From Patescibacteria group bacterium (GTDB lineage Bacteria > Patescibacteriota > Minisyncoccia > UBA6257 > 2-01-FULL-56-20): 64,000 nt of DNA. Where the stretch lies: positions 3,236-67,235 of the forward strand of contig JAGWKM010000002.1 of assembly GCA_028865305.1 (NCBI GenBank). The letters are read 5' to 3'. Position numbers and translations under genes: made by a program. The notes beneath the pieces were generated by a model. It did not search any database, was not told the DNA's origin, and saw only the letters and a list, made by a program, of their open reading frames with translations. Positions 1 to 10,013 of this stretch are shown piece after piece (the stretch's first letter is position 1; each line of letters starts with the position of its first letter).

Positions 1-1056
1 AACCCACCAGTCCGGATCCGGGTGGTCCCCCGACGGCTGCCCGCCCCACCCCGGCCAATTCTTCGGCAAGCGGAGATAGGGGCCAAAACAACCTTCGTTG
101 AACTTCGCGATGTCGCCTGCCGGAAAATCCTCCAGCGGAATTACCTGCCCGAATGAGTTTTCACACATCCGGCGCCCGTAATTTATCGCGGTCGCCGGAG
201 GAGGCGATTGGAACGTGGGAAATGGCAAATTTTTCAGGCTTGCCTGCGCCTGCGATCGTCCGCCAAGGCAAATAATGGCCGTAACCACGACGAACGCTAC
301 TTGGAGCAACCTTCTCGTGCCCTTCCCTTTATTAAAGATATTGAGAAGGCCGATACTGATGCTCAAAGCTACGAGCACAACAAGCAGCACGGGATCATTC
401 CGAACCGGAACGACGTAAAGATAGACCCCCATGAGCAGGCTCGCTATGCAAAATAGCGCGACCGGCCATAGGATTTTAGTGATCGAAGGCACGCGAGGCA
501 ATTGCACCGAAGGTTTTATTCTCTTCAACAAAGGCACGCCCGCGACCCCGGACTCGATTACGTGTTCCAGCGCGTTCACGCCGGCCGGAATGAATAACGC
601 CATCGGTTCTGCGGCAATTGCGAACAACGCCACGAACGACGGCGCAAACCCCATGGCCAAGGCAACGGCTGGTCCGTTGAACGATGAGAAGGAAGACCCT
701 CGGAAAGAGACTACGCCGACCATCACCAACGAAACCAACAACGCAAGCGCACCGACGATCCATCCCTGCCTACCGCCAACGCGAACGATGGCGACGAAAG
801 CAAGAATAGCGGACGCTGCCGCGATTGCGATGAGCGTGGTTACGAAAACTATGTTATTCGGAACCACGACTGCAATTGTCCCCGTCGCAGCGGCGCAGAT
901 CATGAGCGTCGGCCAGGTGGTGACCGCCATGATAAAGCGGCGGAGCCAGCGATTTCCGAAATCCCAAACTTCACCGACAAGGTCTTCAACCGAATTGCGG
1001 AGGGCTGCTGAACTCACCAGCAGCCCGGATAGAACGAGCAGCAACAGAAACATCAT
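1..1056 (-). CDS. Polytopic membrane protein, hypothetical (3' end runs off the window)
   Basis: Not in the ORF track. Open frame from ATG at 1056 (MMFLLLLVLSGLLVSSAALRNSVEDLVGEVWDFGNRWLRRF...) with many hydrophobic segments. AAGGAG RBS overlaps the stop of the upstream gene. Confidence 0.75.
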   Translation of the reverse strand, partial: MMFLLLLVLSGLLVSSAALRNSVEDLVGEVWDFGNRWLRRFIMAVTTWPTLMICAAATGTIAVVVPNNIVFVTTLIAIAAASAILAFVAIVRVGGRQGWIVGALALLVSLVMVGVVSFRGSSFSSFNGPAVALAMGFAPSFVALFAIAAEPMALFIPAGVNALEHVIESGVAGVPLLKRIKPSVQLPRVPSITKILWPVALFCIASLLMGVYLYVVPVRNDPVLLVVLVALSISIGLLNIFNKGKGTRRLLQVAFVVVTAIICLGGRSQAQASLKNLPFPTFQSPPPATAINYGRRMCENSFGQVIPLEDFPAGDIAKFNEGCFGPYLRLPKNWPGWGGQPSGDHPDPDWWV

Positions 1057-1067
1057 TATTCATCTCC

Positions 1068-1655
1068 TTAGTGCCGGCGAAGCCAGCTTGTTATTGAATC
1101 CACAAACGGCGCAAGCGCATCGCCCGCCGATTCGAGTTGTTGTTGCGCTTCCGGCATGTGAGCCCGGACGCTCTCGATCGCCTCGCCGCTTTTGTCCCGC
1201 AGCCATTCAAGTTTCTGCTGCGGACCATTGTCGTCGAGGAGTTCGATCAAAATGTCACCCTCTTCGCTTGGGTCGATAGGACCCGATGGGAGGCATGCGT
1301 TGAGATCTTTGAGAATCTGCCGTCGAACATCCGGCTCCTTCTCGTCGCAGATGAATTCTCCGAGATCCTTGACGCGTTCGGTCTCCTTGTATTTCGCGCG
1401 TGCGATTTTCAGCAAGAAGAGGATGTTTTTCTTCTCATCCCAATTTTTCATGCTGACAAGGGTTTTTGCCAAAAGCCGACGCTTTTCCGGCTGGCTCAAT
1501 TCGCTAATCTTCTTCTCTGCCACCTCGCCAGCTTTATTTGTGAGTTTATCCCAAAGCTTTTTGAAGGCGGCTGTCGCGAGCGGAGCAACCGTCAGATCGA
1601 GTCCGACAGCCGTCGCAATATCTTTTGCCGCAGCTCCCACTTTTCCTTTCGCCAT
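1068..1655 (-). CDS. Hypothetical protein
   Basis: 195-aa ORF with purine-rich RBS (AAAGGAG); tightly coupled to the downstream membrane gene. Confidence 0.75.
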   Translation of the reverse strand: MAKGKVGAAAKDIATAVGLDLTVAPLATAAFKKLWDKLTNKAGEVAEKKISELSQPEKRRLLAKTLVSMKNWDEKKNILFLLKIARAKYKETERVKDLGEFICDEKEPDVRRQILKDLNACLPSGPIDPSEEGDILIELLDDNGPQQKLEWLRDKSGEAIESVRAHMPEAQQQLESAGDALAPFVDSITSWLRRH

Positions 1656-1773
1656 CGTCTTTTCTCCTTTTCTTCTTTATTCTTTCAGATTTTCAGATAG
1701 TAAAATACCGCTTGCAAATATAGCATGAATTGATAAAATTGTCAAATCGGCGTAGCATGAGGCAAAGACAATG

Positions 1774-1855
1774 GGGCGGGTGGCGGAATCGGCATACGCG
1801 CAGCGCTTAGGACGCTGTCCCGAAAGGGTTGTGGGTTCAAATCCCACCTCGCCCA
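1774..1855 (+). tRNA. tRNA-Leu(TAG)
   Basis: Acceptor GGGCGGG/CTCGCCC-A, anticodon arm CAGCG-CTTAGGA-CGCTG, long variable arm, GGTTCAAATCC T-arm. Confidence 0.96.
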
Positions 1856-1871
1856 CAGATAGCCATTAGCG

Positions 1872-3305
1872 ATGATACCGAAATCTATGGCAAAACAATC
1901 CCGTTCATCGGTCATCGCGTTGGCTATTATTATCGCCGCCGGCCTTGGCCTCCACTTAATCCGCATTTCCTATCCCGCGCGGCCGGTTTTTGATGAAGCT
2001 CACTTTGCGACCTATGCGGCGGACTACGTAAAGGACCATGTTTTCTTTGACATCCATCCGCCGCTCGGAAAGCTGATCTATGCTTCGGCTATTCCGCTTG
2101 CGCTCCGTTTTGAAAACAATGCCCCGCTCGGCGACACCACGTTTGTCGGTTACACGAAAAGCCCGACCGGTACCGTTTATTTCGCGACCGATATTCCCTA
2201 TGGCGCGTTCCCCTATGTTCCGCTCCGGCTCATTTCTGTTTTCTTCGGACTCGCGCTTACGGTTGCTTTTTATTTTTTCCTGCGGAACATCGGCATCGGC
2301 GAAGTCGGCGCGTTGCTCGGCGCATTTTTTGTCACCTTTGAAAACGCAATGCTCCTCGAAACGAAATTGATCCTGCTGAACGGGATGTATCTTGCCTTCG
2401 GCTTCGCGGCATTGGCAATTTGGTTCGAGCATATCCATTTTTCAAAATCATTACCATCTCATTCTCCATCCTCCATTCTCCACGCTCCGATTCTCGCCGG
2501 CTTTCTTTTCGCCCTTTCGCTCGGCGTGAAGCTGGAAGGAATTATTTTCATCGGCCCGGTGTTGATTTCTCTTTTCGAAGGCCGTCTTCGAGGCGAAGAC
2601 GGCCTTCGAGCCCTCAAAAAATTCCTCTTCACCGCACTTCTCGTCTTCGTCGCCATCTCCTTCCTCAATTTCCTTTTCTTCTCACCGGCGCAAATACTCG
2701 CTTTTTCGAAATCCCTCGGCATCAAGTTTCCGGCTCCGACCAATATCCGCGCAACCTATTTCCTCGCCTATGCGATGACGACCGTCGTGCCTTGGACCGG
2801 CTATCTCGTCGGCGGCGCGCAGCTCCAGGGCAGCCTGTGGTATGGCTGGCCCTTCATGCGCGGCGTGATGACATATTATTTTGCCCCCGGGAATGCGGGA
2901 AATCTGGTTTTGCAGGGCAATCCCGTCGTTTGGTACTCAAGCACGCTTGCCGTATTCATTTTTATAGTTACGTTACTCTGGCGCATCGGCCATTGGTTCA
3001 TTGGTCATTCGTTCGATATCAGACATTTGTCATTAGACCTTGCCAAAGCGCCCCTCATTCTCTTCGTAGGTTATTTGAGCGCTTTGGCGCCTTTTTTCAC
3101 CTTCGTGCACCGCGGCGCATTCCTCTACCATTATTTTCCCGCCTACCTCTTCGCCATCGGATTGCTCGCCTATCTGGTTTCACATTGGCTAAAGCTCGAC
3201 GACTTCCACTCGCTCTCAAAAAAACAGGGGCTATATTTGACAGGAATCATTACGTTTGTCGTGGCAGGATTCATTATGACGGCTCCCTTGATTTACGGTT
3301 TATGA
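1872..3305 (+). CDS. Phospholipid carrier-dependent glycosyltransferase (PMT/GT39-like protein O-mannosyltransferase)
   Basis: VFDEAHF and FDIHPPLGKLI motifs, C-terminal FLYHYFPA, many TM helices. Confidence 0.88.
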   Translation: MIPKSMAKQSRSSVIALAIIIAAGLGLHLIRISYPARPVFDEAHFATYAADYVKDHVFFDIHPPLGKLIYASAIPLALRFENNAPLGDTTFVGYTKSPTGTVYFATDIPYGAFPYVPLRLISVFFGLALTVAFYFFLRNIGIGEVGALLGAFFVTFENAMLLETKLILLNGMYLAFGFAALAIWFEHIHFSKSLPSHSPSSILHAPILAGFLFALSLGVKLEGIIFIGPVLISLFEGRLRGEDGLRALKKFLFTALLVFVAISFLNFLFFSPAQILAFSKSLGIKFPAPTNIRATYFLAYAMTTVVPWTGYLVGGAQLQGSLWYGWPFMRGVMTYYFAPGNAGNLVLQGNPVVWYSSTLAVFIFIVTLLWRIGHWFIGHSFDIRHLSLDLAKAPLILFVGYLSALAPFFTFVHRGAFLYHYFPAYLFAIGLLAYLVSHWLKLDDFHSLSKKQGLYLTGIITFVVAGFIMTAPLIYGL

Positions 3306-3323
3306 AATCATATTATTTTAGGA

Positions 3324-4382
3324 ATGGGACTCATAGAAAGCTTTGGCTTAAAACGGAAACAGGAAGCGGAGAAGTTTAATCCCTCTACCGAACCGAAAGG
3401 CCCGGCTTTGACCGATATTTTAGGCGATAAGGAAAAATCCCGTTTATTCGGCGCATATCTCGAAGAAGAAGGAGCTGAAGATCTTGCCAGAGAACTGCAC
3501 GAAGGGAAACCGGTTGATTCCGGCTTTATCGCTGAATTAAATAAAAAAAGGACGGAGTTCGTCGAAATCTGCAACCGTGCGGAAACGATTTCCAAAACAC
3601 TGGATCTGAACAGCCTGAATGCAATTATTGAATCTTCTCCGGAATTGAAAGAAATCGCAAATCTCAATAAGGCAGAGGGGATTCGGGATGTCATCCGCCG
3701 CTACCTTCCCGAAATCGCGATACGAGACCGTTCCAGATTCGCCGAAATGGAGCAAAAGATCAACCAACTGGCGGAATCCCAGAAAAAAATCACCGAAAGC
3801 GAAGAAAAAATCAAAAAATTTGTAAAAAAATATGGCATTTCGGAAGAACAGTATTCAAAATTTATTGAAAGCGGCGATGATGAAAAATTAAAAGATTTGA
3901 TTTGGGGCAAGCTGGGCTTTTTTACCAAACTCGGCTGGAATGCGACGAAACGTTTCGACGAAGAACTTTCATCGGCAGTTACCGTTGAAGATATTAATTT
4001 GCTTTTAGCGAATAGAGATACTTCCTTAAAAGAGGTAGGAGGATCGCTTCGAGCAAGTTTGGTCGGCAACGAAACGCTGAACAAAGCTCTAATAGCAAAT
4101 CTGAAGCGGGAAAGCATGGAAAAGCCGGAGGCCGATATGTCTTTCGGCGAATTCGGGAAGGCGCTAAAACCGGAAAAAGAGGCAGTCAAAAAACTGTATG
4201 ATCAATTTAAGCAAGAAAACTTTGCAGATTATCAATCCCAGGGCCTGACCGAGGATGATTTACGTACTGATTTCGTAAAGGGATACGCAAATAAAGTCGC
4301 TACAAAAGGAAAGAAAGGGTTTTGGACAAGCCTTTTCGGCAAATTATTTGCTCCCAAAATTATTGAAGATTTCTTGAAATAA
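3324..4382 (+). CDS. Hypothetical helical/coiled-coil protein
   Basis: 352-aa E/K-rich ORF, lower GC than the flanks. Confidence 0.75.
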   Translation: MGLIESFGLKRKQEAEKFNPSTEPKGPALTDILGDKEKSRLFGAYLEEEGAEDLARELHEGKPVDSGFIAELNKKRTEFVEICNRAETISKTLDLNSLNAIIESSPELKEIANLNKAEGIRDVIRRYLPEIAIRDRSRFAEMEQKINQLAESQKKITESEEKIKKFVKKYGISEEQYSKFIESGDDEKLKDLIWGKLGFFTKLGWNATKRFDEELSSAVTVEDINLLLANRDTSLKEVGGSLRASLVGNETLNKALIANLKRESMEKPEADMSFGEFGKALKPEKEAVKKLYDQFKQENFADYQSQGLTEDDLRTDFVKGYANKVATKGKKGFWTSLFGKLFAPKIIEDFLK

Positions 4383-4383
4383 A

Positions 4384-4677
4384 ATGACAAACATTATTTC
4401 GGACGATCTTTATAAGGATTTCATGGCCATTGTCGACCGAGGAGACGAAAAAGCCGCGCGGGAGTTTTTGGTCTCCCACCTGAAGGAATTCCCGCAGGAA
4501 ACGCAGGACGCGATCATCATGGCATTCGTCGAGGAAGCGCTCGGCAAAAGCGCGGAGGAAACGAAGCTCATCGCGGATTTCCAAAAGCAAGGACTGGCAG
4601 CAATCGACGAGCTCGAAAAATCAAAGCAGGAGTTGGAAGATAAGAAAAAGATGCTGGAGCTGAAGGAAAGCATGTAG
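4384..4677 (+). CDS. Hypothetical protein
   Basis: 97-aa ORF starting immediately after the previous stop and followed by a terminator. Confidence 0.75.
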   Translation: MTNIISDDLYKDFMAIVDRGDEKAAREFLVSHLKEFPQETQDAIIMAFVEEALGKSAEETKLIADFQKQGLAAIDELEKSKQELEDKKKMLELKESM

Positions 4678-4716
4678 CAAACAAAAAACTCGGCCTAAGC
4701 CGATTTTTTTGTTTGC
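4677..4716. terminator. Bidirectional intrinsic terminator
   Basis: GCAAACAAAAAACTCGGC-CTAA-GCCGATTTTTTTGTTTGC between convergent genes. Confidence 0.8.
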
Positions 4717-4758
4717 CATCTACAACCATAAAAGGATTAGATTGGACGACCGTCTAAT

Positions 4759-5652
4759 CTAATCCTTTCGGCGTCTTCCATGAAACGCCTCGTGGACTTC
4801 TTTTAATTCCTTATTAGTGAGATGCGTGTAAATCTGCGTTGTTGAAATATTCGAATGGCCGAGGAGTTCCTGCACGGAGCGGATGTCGGCGCCGTTCACC
4901 AAGAGATCCGTCGCGAAGGAATGGCGCAGTAAATGCGCATGCACGTTTTTCGGGATGCCGGCTTCTTTCGCGCGGCGCGCAACCAACCTTTGCACGGCCC
5001 GCGGCGTAATCTTGCCAATGACTTTGCCCGATTTATCCAGACTCACGAACAATTTTTCTTCAACGTCGGTGCGTTTTTTCAAATAATCTTCGATTGCCTT
5101 TTTTGCCGAATCAGAGAGGAACACGACGCGCAGCTTGTCTCCTTTGCCGCGCACGGAAAGTTCGCCGCGCCGCAGGTCCACGTTGCGCAGCAGGGAACAG
5201 AGTTCCGCCAGGCGCAAGCCGGTCGAAAAGAAGGTTTCGAGGATTGCCCGGTCGCGCAAGTCGCGCATGCCATCCCCTTTCGGCGCCGCGAGCAGGCGCT
5301 CCAAATCGCCGTATTCCAAAACTTCGATCTGCCGCGACGGCGCTTTCGGCAGTTCGATTTTTTCAGCCGCAAGCGATTTGACGTCGCGCTTCGCGAGATA
5401 TTTCAAAAAGTTCCGCAGCGCGATAATGTAATAGCTTTGCGTCAATTTTTTCAGGTCTTTCCGGGCCAGCGCCAGCCGGAATTCGCGGACCACATCGTCC
5501 GTAATATCCGCCGCCGCCTTCACTTTCGAAAATTCCAGGAATTCGCGGAGATAATGCTCGTAATTTTCCCGCGTCTTCGGCGACCGGTTTTTCTCGATTT
5601 CGAGGTAATTCAGGTAGTCGCGAATGAAGTTTTTGATTTCTGTTTCGGCCAT
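4759..5652 (-). CDS. XerC/XerD-family tyrosine recombinase
   Basis: RDRAILE..FSTGLR, VRGKGDK, HLLRHSFAT, LLGHSNISTTQIYTH (full R-K-H-R-H-Y set); N-terminal SAM-like domain. Confidence 0.95.
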   Translation of the reverse strand: MAETEIKNFIRDYLNYLEIEKNRSPKTRENYEHYLREFLEFSKVKAAADITDDVVREFRLALARKDLKKLTQSYYIIALRNFLKYLAKRDVKSLAAEKIELPKAPSRQIEVLEYGDLERLLAAPKGDGMRDLRDRAILETFFSTGLRLAELCSLLRNVDLRRGELSVRGKGDKLRVVFLSDSAKKAIEDYLKKRTDVEEKLFVSLDKSGKVIGKITPRAVQRLVARRAKEAGIPKNVHAHLLRHSFATDLLVNGADIRSVQELLGHSNISTTQIYTHLTNKELKEVHEAFHGRRRKD

Positions 5653-5664
5653 GGGAGGGGGAGT

Positions 5665-5769
5665 AGAATGGAGAATGGAGAATGGAGAATGGAGAATGGA
5701 GAATGGAGAATGGAGAATGGAGAATGGAGAATGGAGAATGGAGAATGGAGAATGGAGAATGGAGAATGG
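5665..5769. repeat. Perfect tandem heptamer (AGAATGG)15
   Basis: 105 bp read directly, starting 13 bp upstream of the xer start codon. Confidence 0.98.
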
Positions 5770-5861
5770 AGATGAATCTTTCTACTTCTTCAGTCTACCA
5801 AAAACCTGTCGCAAAATGCAGCGGCTTGCAATAAATCTCAAGCCATGATACAATCAATCCA

Positions 5862-6128
5862 ATGTTAACGAAACGAGTTAAATCGAAAATCGTGGGAGAA
5901 CACCAGAAACACGACAAGGACACCGGCTCCGCCGAGGTCCAGACCGCGATGCTTTCGCGCCAGATCGATGAACTGGCGACCCATCTAAAGAAAAATCCGA
6001 AGGACAACCACTCGCGCCGCGGCCTTTTGAAGATGGTCTCCAAGCGCAGGAAGCTTCTGGCATACCTCCAAAAAAATGATGCGTCGGGCTACAGCAAACT
6101 GATCAAAAAATTAGAATTAAAAAAATAA
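5862..6128 (+). CDS. rpsO: 30S ribosomal protein S15
   Basis: HDKDTGSAEVQ...KDNHSRRGLLKMVSKRRKLLAYL. Confidence 0.98.
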   Translation: MLTKRVKSKIVGEHQKHDKDTGSAEVQTAMLSRQIDELATHLKKNPKDNHSRRGLLKMVSKRRKLLAYLQKNDASGYSKLIKKLELKK

Positions 6129-6261
6129 GCCGAAAACGGCGGAATGTTATTGAGCAATTAAGTTAGCACGTTAGCGGACCGGCAAACGGGCACCGGCCCA
6201 TCACTAACCTGTTAACTCAATTTCTTAATAACTCGCTCCCGCTTTTCCGGCTGACTGACCA

Positions 6262-6897
6262 ATGAAAACTTCAGCAAGCTACGCAAACCAGAGAGTCGGC
6301 ATTTTTGTCGACGTCCAAAACCTGTACCACTCCGCGAAGAACCTCTATCGCGGCCGGGTGAATTATGCCGAGCTGATCAAAAACCTTATCGGCGACCGGC
6401 AGCTTATCCGCGCGATGGCGTACGTGGTAAAGAGCGAGGGCGTGGAACCGTATGGCGGAAAGGAACAGGGAACGGGGAGCAGGGAACGGGGAACAAAACT
6501 GCGGCGGAATCCGTTCGGCGGCGATGAACCGAATGAACCGGAAGAATCGAGTAGCAGCCTTTCGACCGAAGCGGCGTTCTTTGAGGCACTCGAAAAGGCG
6601 GGTTTGGAACTGCGCATGAAGGATTTGCAGATTTTCGCCGGCGGCATGAAGAAGGCGGACTGGGACGTTGGCATGGCGGTGGATGCGATCCGCATGTCGG
6701 AATTCCTGGATGTCATCATCCTCGTGACCGGCGACGGCGATTTTCTGCCTCTTATTGACTACTTGAAATGGGGCGCGGGGCGGGTCGTCGAGGTTGCCGC
6801 CTTCCGCCGGAGCGCATCGTCGAAAATCCAGGAAGCGGCGGATAAATTCATCGCCATTGAAGATATTCCGAGGGCGATCATGAAAGGAAGGATTTAA
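6262..6897 (+). CDS. NYN (LabA/DUF88) PIN-like nuclease domain protein
   Basis: IFVDVQNLY, KADWDVGMAVD, LVTGDGDFLPL motifs. Confidence 0.92.
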   Translation: MKTSASYANQRVGIFVDVQNLYHSAKNLYRGRVNYAELIKNLIGDRQLIRAMAYVVKSEGVEPYGGKEQGTGSRERGTKLRRNPFGGDEPNEPEESSSSLSTEAAFFEALEKAGLELRMKDLQIFAGGMKKADWDVGMAVDAIRMSEFLDVIILVTGDGDFLPLIDYLKWGAGRVVEVAAFRRSASSKIQEAADKFIAIEDIPRAIMKGRI

Positions 6898-6907
6898 AAA
6901 AAAAAAC

Positions 6908-9049
6908 ATGCTGAACAAAAAATCTTATTCAACAGAAATCGCAGGAAAGACATTGACCATCGAAACTTCTGAGCTCGCCGAACAGGCGAACGCGGCGGTC
7001 ATTGCGAAATACGGCGAGACCGTCGTCCTCGCGACCGCCGTCATGGGGAAAAAAGAAACCGAGCTTGATTACATGCCGCTCAAAGTGGATTACGAAGAAC
7101 GGTTTTACGCCGCCGGAAAGATCATCGGCTCGCGCTTCATCCGCCGCGAAGGCAGGGCTTCGGAAGAAGCCGTCCTCGCCGGGCGCCTGATCGATCGGAC
7201 CATCCGTCCCCTCTTCGACGGCCGCATGCGGCGCGACATCCAGGTCGTCGCCACGGTTTTGCAAATCGACGAACAGAACGATCCGGAATTCGTGAGTTTG
7301 CTTGCCGCTTCAACGGCGCTCATCATTTCCGACATTCCCTGGGGCGGCCCCGTCGCCGGCGTGCGCATCGTGCAGACAGAAGACCGTCTTCTGGACGAAG
7401 ACGGTCTTCATGTCAATCCGGACAATTCCTACGTGGCCGAGCACCAGCCGATTTTCGACGCATTCGTTTCCGGCTCGAAGGACCGCATCAACATGATCGA
7501 GCTCGGCGGCCTGGACGCCCAGGAAAAAGAAGTGGTCGCCGGATTCAAGATGGCGCAACAGGAGATCAATAAGCTGATCGATTTCCAGCAGAATATCCAA
7601 AAGGAGATCGGCAAGCCGAAGGCGGCCGTCGTGCTCGCGGAGCCGGATCCGGAATTGAAATCCGCCGTCGAATCTTTTATTGCGGACAAGCTCGAAGCGG
7701 CCGTTTACCGCCCGAATAAGATGGAACAGCAAAGCGCCATCGGCAAGCTGAAAGAAGAGATGTTTGCCCACCTGAAAGAGATTTTTGATGCGAAAGAAAA
7801 GGCCTTCAGCGGCAAGGCGGCTGACTATTTATTCGAAGAAGCGATCAATGACCTAGTCCATAAGAATGTCCTCGAAAGCGAAAAGCGTCCGGATGGGCGC
7901 AAAACCGATGAACTGCGGCCGTTGAGCGGAGCCGTCGGGCTCTTCTCGCGCACGCACGGTTCGGCGCTCTTCATGCGCGGCAACACGCAGGCGCTTGCCA
8001 TCACGACGCTCGCGCCGCCGGGAGCCGAACAGCTCATTGAAACGATGGAAACGAACGGCAAGCGGCGCTTCCTTCTGCACTACAACTTCCCGCCGTATTC
8101 CGTCGGAGAAATCGGCAATTTCCGCGGTCCGGGCCGCCGCGAGATCGGCCACGGCAACCTGGCGCGCAAATCCCTGGAACGCTTGATCCCGACCAAGGAA
8201 GAATTCCCCTACACCATCCGCGTCGTTTCAGAAATCATGTCCTCGAATGGATCGTCCTCAATGGCAACGGTGTGCGCTTCGGCGCTGTCCATGATGGATG
8301 CCGGCGTGCCGATCAAGAAACCGGCAGCGGGCATCGCGATGGGGCTTATGATGGAACAAGGGACGGGAGACAAGGGACAAGGAAAATTCAAGATACTCAC
8401 GGACATCCAGGGGCCGGAAGACCATCACGGCGACATGGACCTGAAAGTGGCAGGCACGGAGGACGGCGTGACCGGCATGCAGATGGACGTCAAGGTGGAC
8501 GGGCTCACGATCGAAATTTTGGAAAAAGCGTTCGAGCAGGCGAAAAAGGCGCGGCTCGAAATCCTGAAAGTGGTGAAGGCGACGCTGCCGACGCACCGCG
8601 AAAAATTGTCGCCGTTCGTGCCGACCATCCGCCAGCTGAAGATCGGTGTCGAAAAGATCGGCGCACTCATCGGCCCGGGCGGCAAGGTAATCAACGGACT
8701 CATTGAGAAATACAACCTGGCAGGCATTGATGTCGACGAAGACGGCGGCGTGTTCGTTTCCGGTTCCGACCTCGAAAAGGTGGAAATGGCGGTGACGGAA
8801 ATCAAATTGATCACGCGCGAATTCAAGGTGGGCGAGATTATCGAAGGCAAGATCATCAAAACGCTGGACTTCGGCGCGATTGTCGACCTCGGCGGCGGCA
8901 AGGATGGCATGATCCATGTTTCGGAATTGAAGCAGGGATTCGTGAAAACGGTGAATGAAGTGGTAAAAGTGGGCGACTTCGTCCGCGCGAAAATCATACG
9001 AGTGGACGAGGACGGAAAGATCGGCCTGTCGCTGAAGCAAATGCAATAA
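6908..9049 (+). CDS. pnp: Polyribonucleotide nucleotidyltransferase (PNPase)
   Basis: RLIDRTIRPLF, RREIGHG, SNGSSSMA, GDMDLKVAG; KH and S1 domains. Confidence 0.98.
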   Translation: MLNKKSYSTEIAGKTLTIETSELAEQANAAVIAKYGETVVLATAVMGKKETELDYMPLKVDYEERFYAAGKIIGSRFIRREGRASEEAVLAGRLIDRTIRPLFDGRMRRDIQVVATVLQIDEQNDPEFVSLLAASTALIISDIPWGGPVAGVRIVQTEDRLLDEDGLHVNPDNSYVAEHQPIFDAFVSGSKDRINMIELGGLDAQEKEVVAGFKMAQQEINKLIDFQQNIQKEIGKPKAAVVLAEPDPELKSAVESFIADKLEAAVYRPNKMEQQSAIGKLKEEMFAHLKEIFDAKEKAFSGKAADYLFEEAINDLVHKNVLESEKRPDGRKTDELRPLSGAVGLFSRTHGSALFMRGNTQALAITTLAPPGAEQLIETMETNGKRRFLLHYNFPPYSVGEIGNFRGPGRREIGHGNLARKSLERLIPTKEEFPYTIRVVSEIMSSNGSSSMATVCASALSMMDAGVPIKKPAAGIAMGLMMEQGTGDKGQGKFKILTDIQGPEDHHGDMDLKVAGTEDGVTGMQMDVKVDGLTIEILEKAFEQAKKARLEILKVVKATLPTHREKLSPFVPTIRQLKIGVEKIGALIGPGGKVINGLIEKYNLAGIDVDEDGGVFVSGSDLEKVEMAVTEIKLITREFKVGEIIEGKIIKTLDFGAIVDLGGGKDGMIHVSELKQGFVKTVNEVVKVGDFVRAKIIRVDEDGKIGLSLKQMQ

Positions 9050-9164
9050 GGCAGCCAGGCTTGCACCCCAAAATACTTTCCCAGGATCGCTTGACTTTGT
9101 TAAATCGCAGCGATAAGCTCTCGACAGTACCGGCAATAACCAGTTAGCCGCGAAGGAGATAAAT

Positions 9165-9632
9165 ATGAGTTGGGCGACAAGACAAAGAATCCGGTTCGTA
9201 ATTGAGGTTGACCCTCAATTTCATGATTCGCAAAGCAACAGGGCGCTACGAGCGTTGACGCGGACAAGAGGGATGCAAAAAGCCCTCGCTGTTCCCAGTC
9301 GGATGCTCGAGATGGCATACCACGGCGATTTCATGTCCAACCTCACGGCCGACAAGTTCCATGAGGAACGTACGGTGTGGGGAAGCTGGCTCATATCGCA
9401 TACGCAGAAAAGCCATTCGCTCAAACTGTTCTTGCAACGGGCAAGTATTATTTCATGCAAGATAGCTCCTCGGGTCCGTTATGAAAAGTTTTTCGGCGGC
9501 GCGATGGGGCTCCATCCGCACTACGGCATTAGTGTTGAGATAAAATTCAAGCGGAATCGGGAGCTCGTGGGCGATTTGGAGCTGATATTTCAACCGGATG
9601 GAACGCTTGCTTCTGAATCGGGCCCAGTGTAG
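9165..9632 (+). CDS. Hypothetical protein
   Basis: 155-aa ORF with AAGGAG RBS and a downstream terminator (CAGCCTGCTCAGCGGGCTG-T run). Confidence 0.6.
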   Translation: MSWATRQRIRFVIEVDPQFHDSQSNRALRALTRTRGMQKALAVPSRMLEMAYHGDFMSNLTADKFHEERTVWGSWLISHTQKSHSLKLFLQRASIISCKIAPRVRYEKFFGGAMGLHPHYGISVEIKFKRNRELVGDLELIFQPDGTLASESGPV

Positions 9633-9724
9633 GGGAAGAGATTATGACATCGGCATCGGCAGCCTGCTCAGCGGGCTGCTTTTTTTCATTTCACATTCAA
9701 TAAAAAGACCGCATTGGGATGCGG

Positions 9725-9958
9725 CTATGCTGCCATTGGGAGCTCTTCTCGCAATTCGCTTTCGCGATCAAATTCTTCAAATATTTCTCTTTCTTCTTCG
9801 AATGGGTCGACTGGGCAACGATCGTGCCGTTTTAATATTATGAAATGCGACCCGTCTATGACTACGTCTCCGGTATATCCTTCACCCGGCAAAATGTCAT
9901 GGAAACATTCGTCGCAAAAATGAGTGATTCGCGCCGCGGAATGGTAAGTCCGAATCAT
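9725..9958 (-). CDS. Small hypothetical protein with CxxC
   Basis: 77 aa, GGAGG RBS, CDEC...HDRC, acidic C-terminus. Confidence 0.55.
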   Translation of the reverse strand: MIRTYHSAARITHFCDECFHDILPGEGYTGDVVIDGSHFIILKRHDRCPVDPFEEEREIFEEFDRESELREELPMAA

Positions 9959-10013
9959 CCAAGCATCCTCCTTCGATGTTCTGACTCCAGTTTATACCAA
10001 AAAGACCAGCAAT

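Noticed and set aside
431..1279. 282-aa plus-strand ORF and other long antisense ORFs (2420-3379, 39004-40224, 48637-49539)
   Set aside because: Shadow or alternative frames of well-supported genes in GC-rich coding sequence
4759..5652. Integron integrase IntI
   Set aside because: 297-aa XerC/D-like protein with no obvious IntI-specific insertion, separated from the array by housekeeping genes
5624..5848. ORFs containing (MENGEWR)n
   Set aside because: Translation artefact of the AGAATGG tandem repeat
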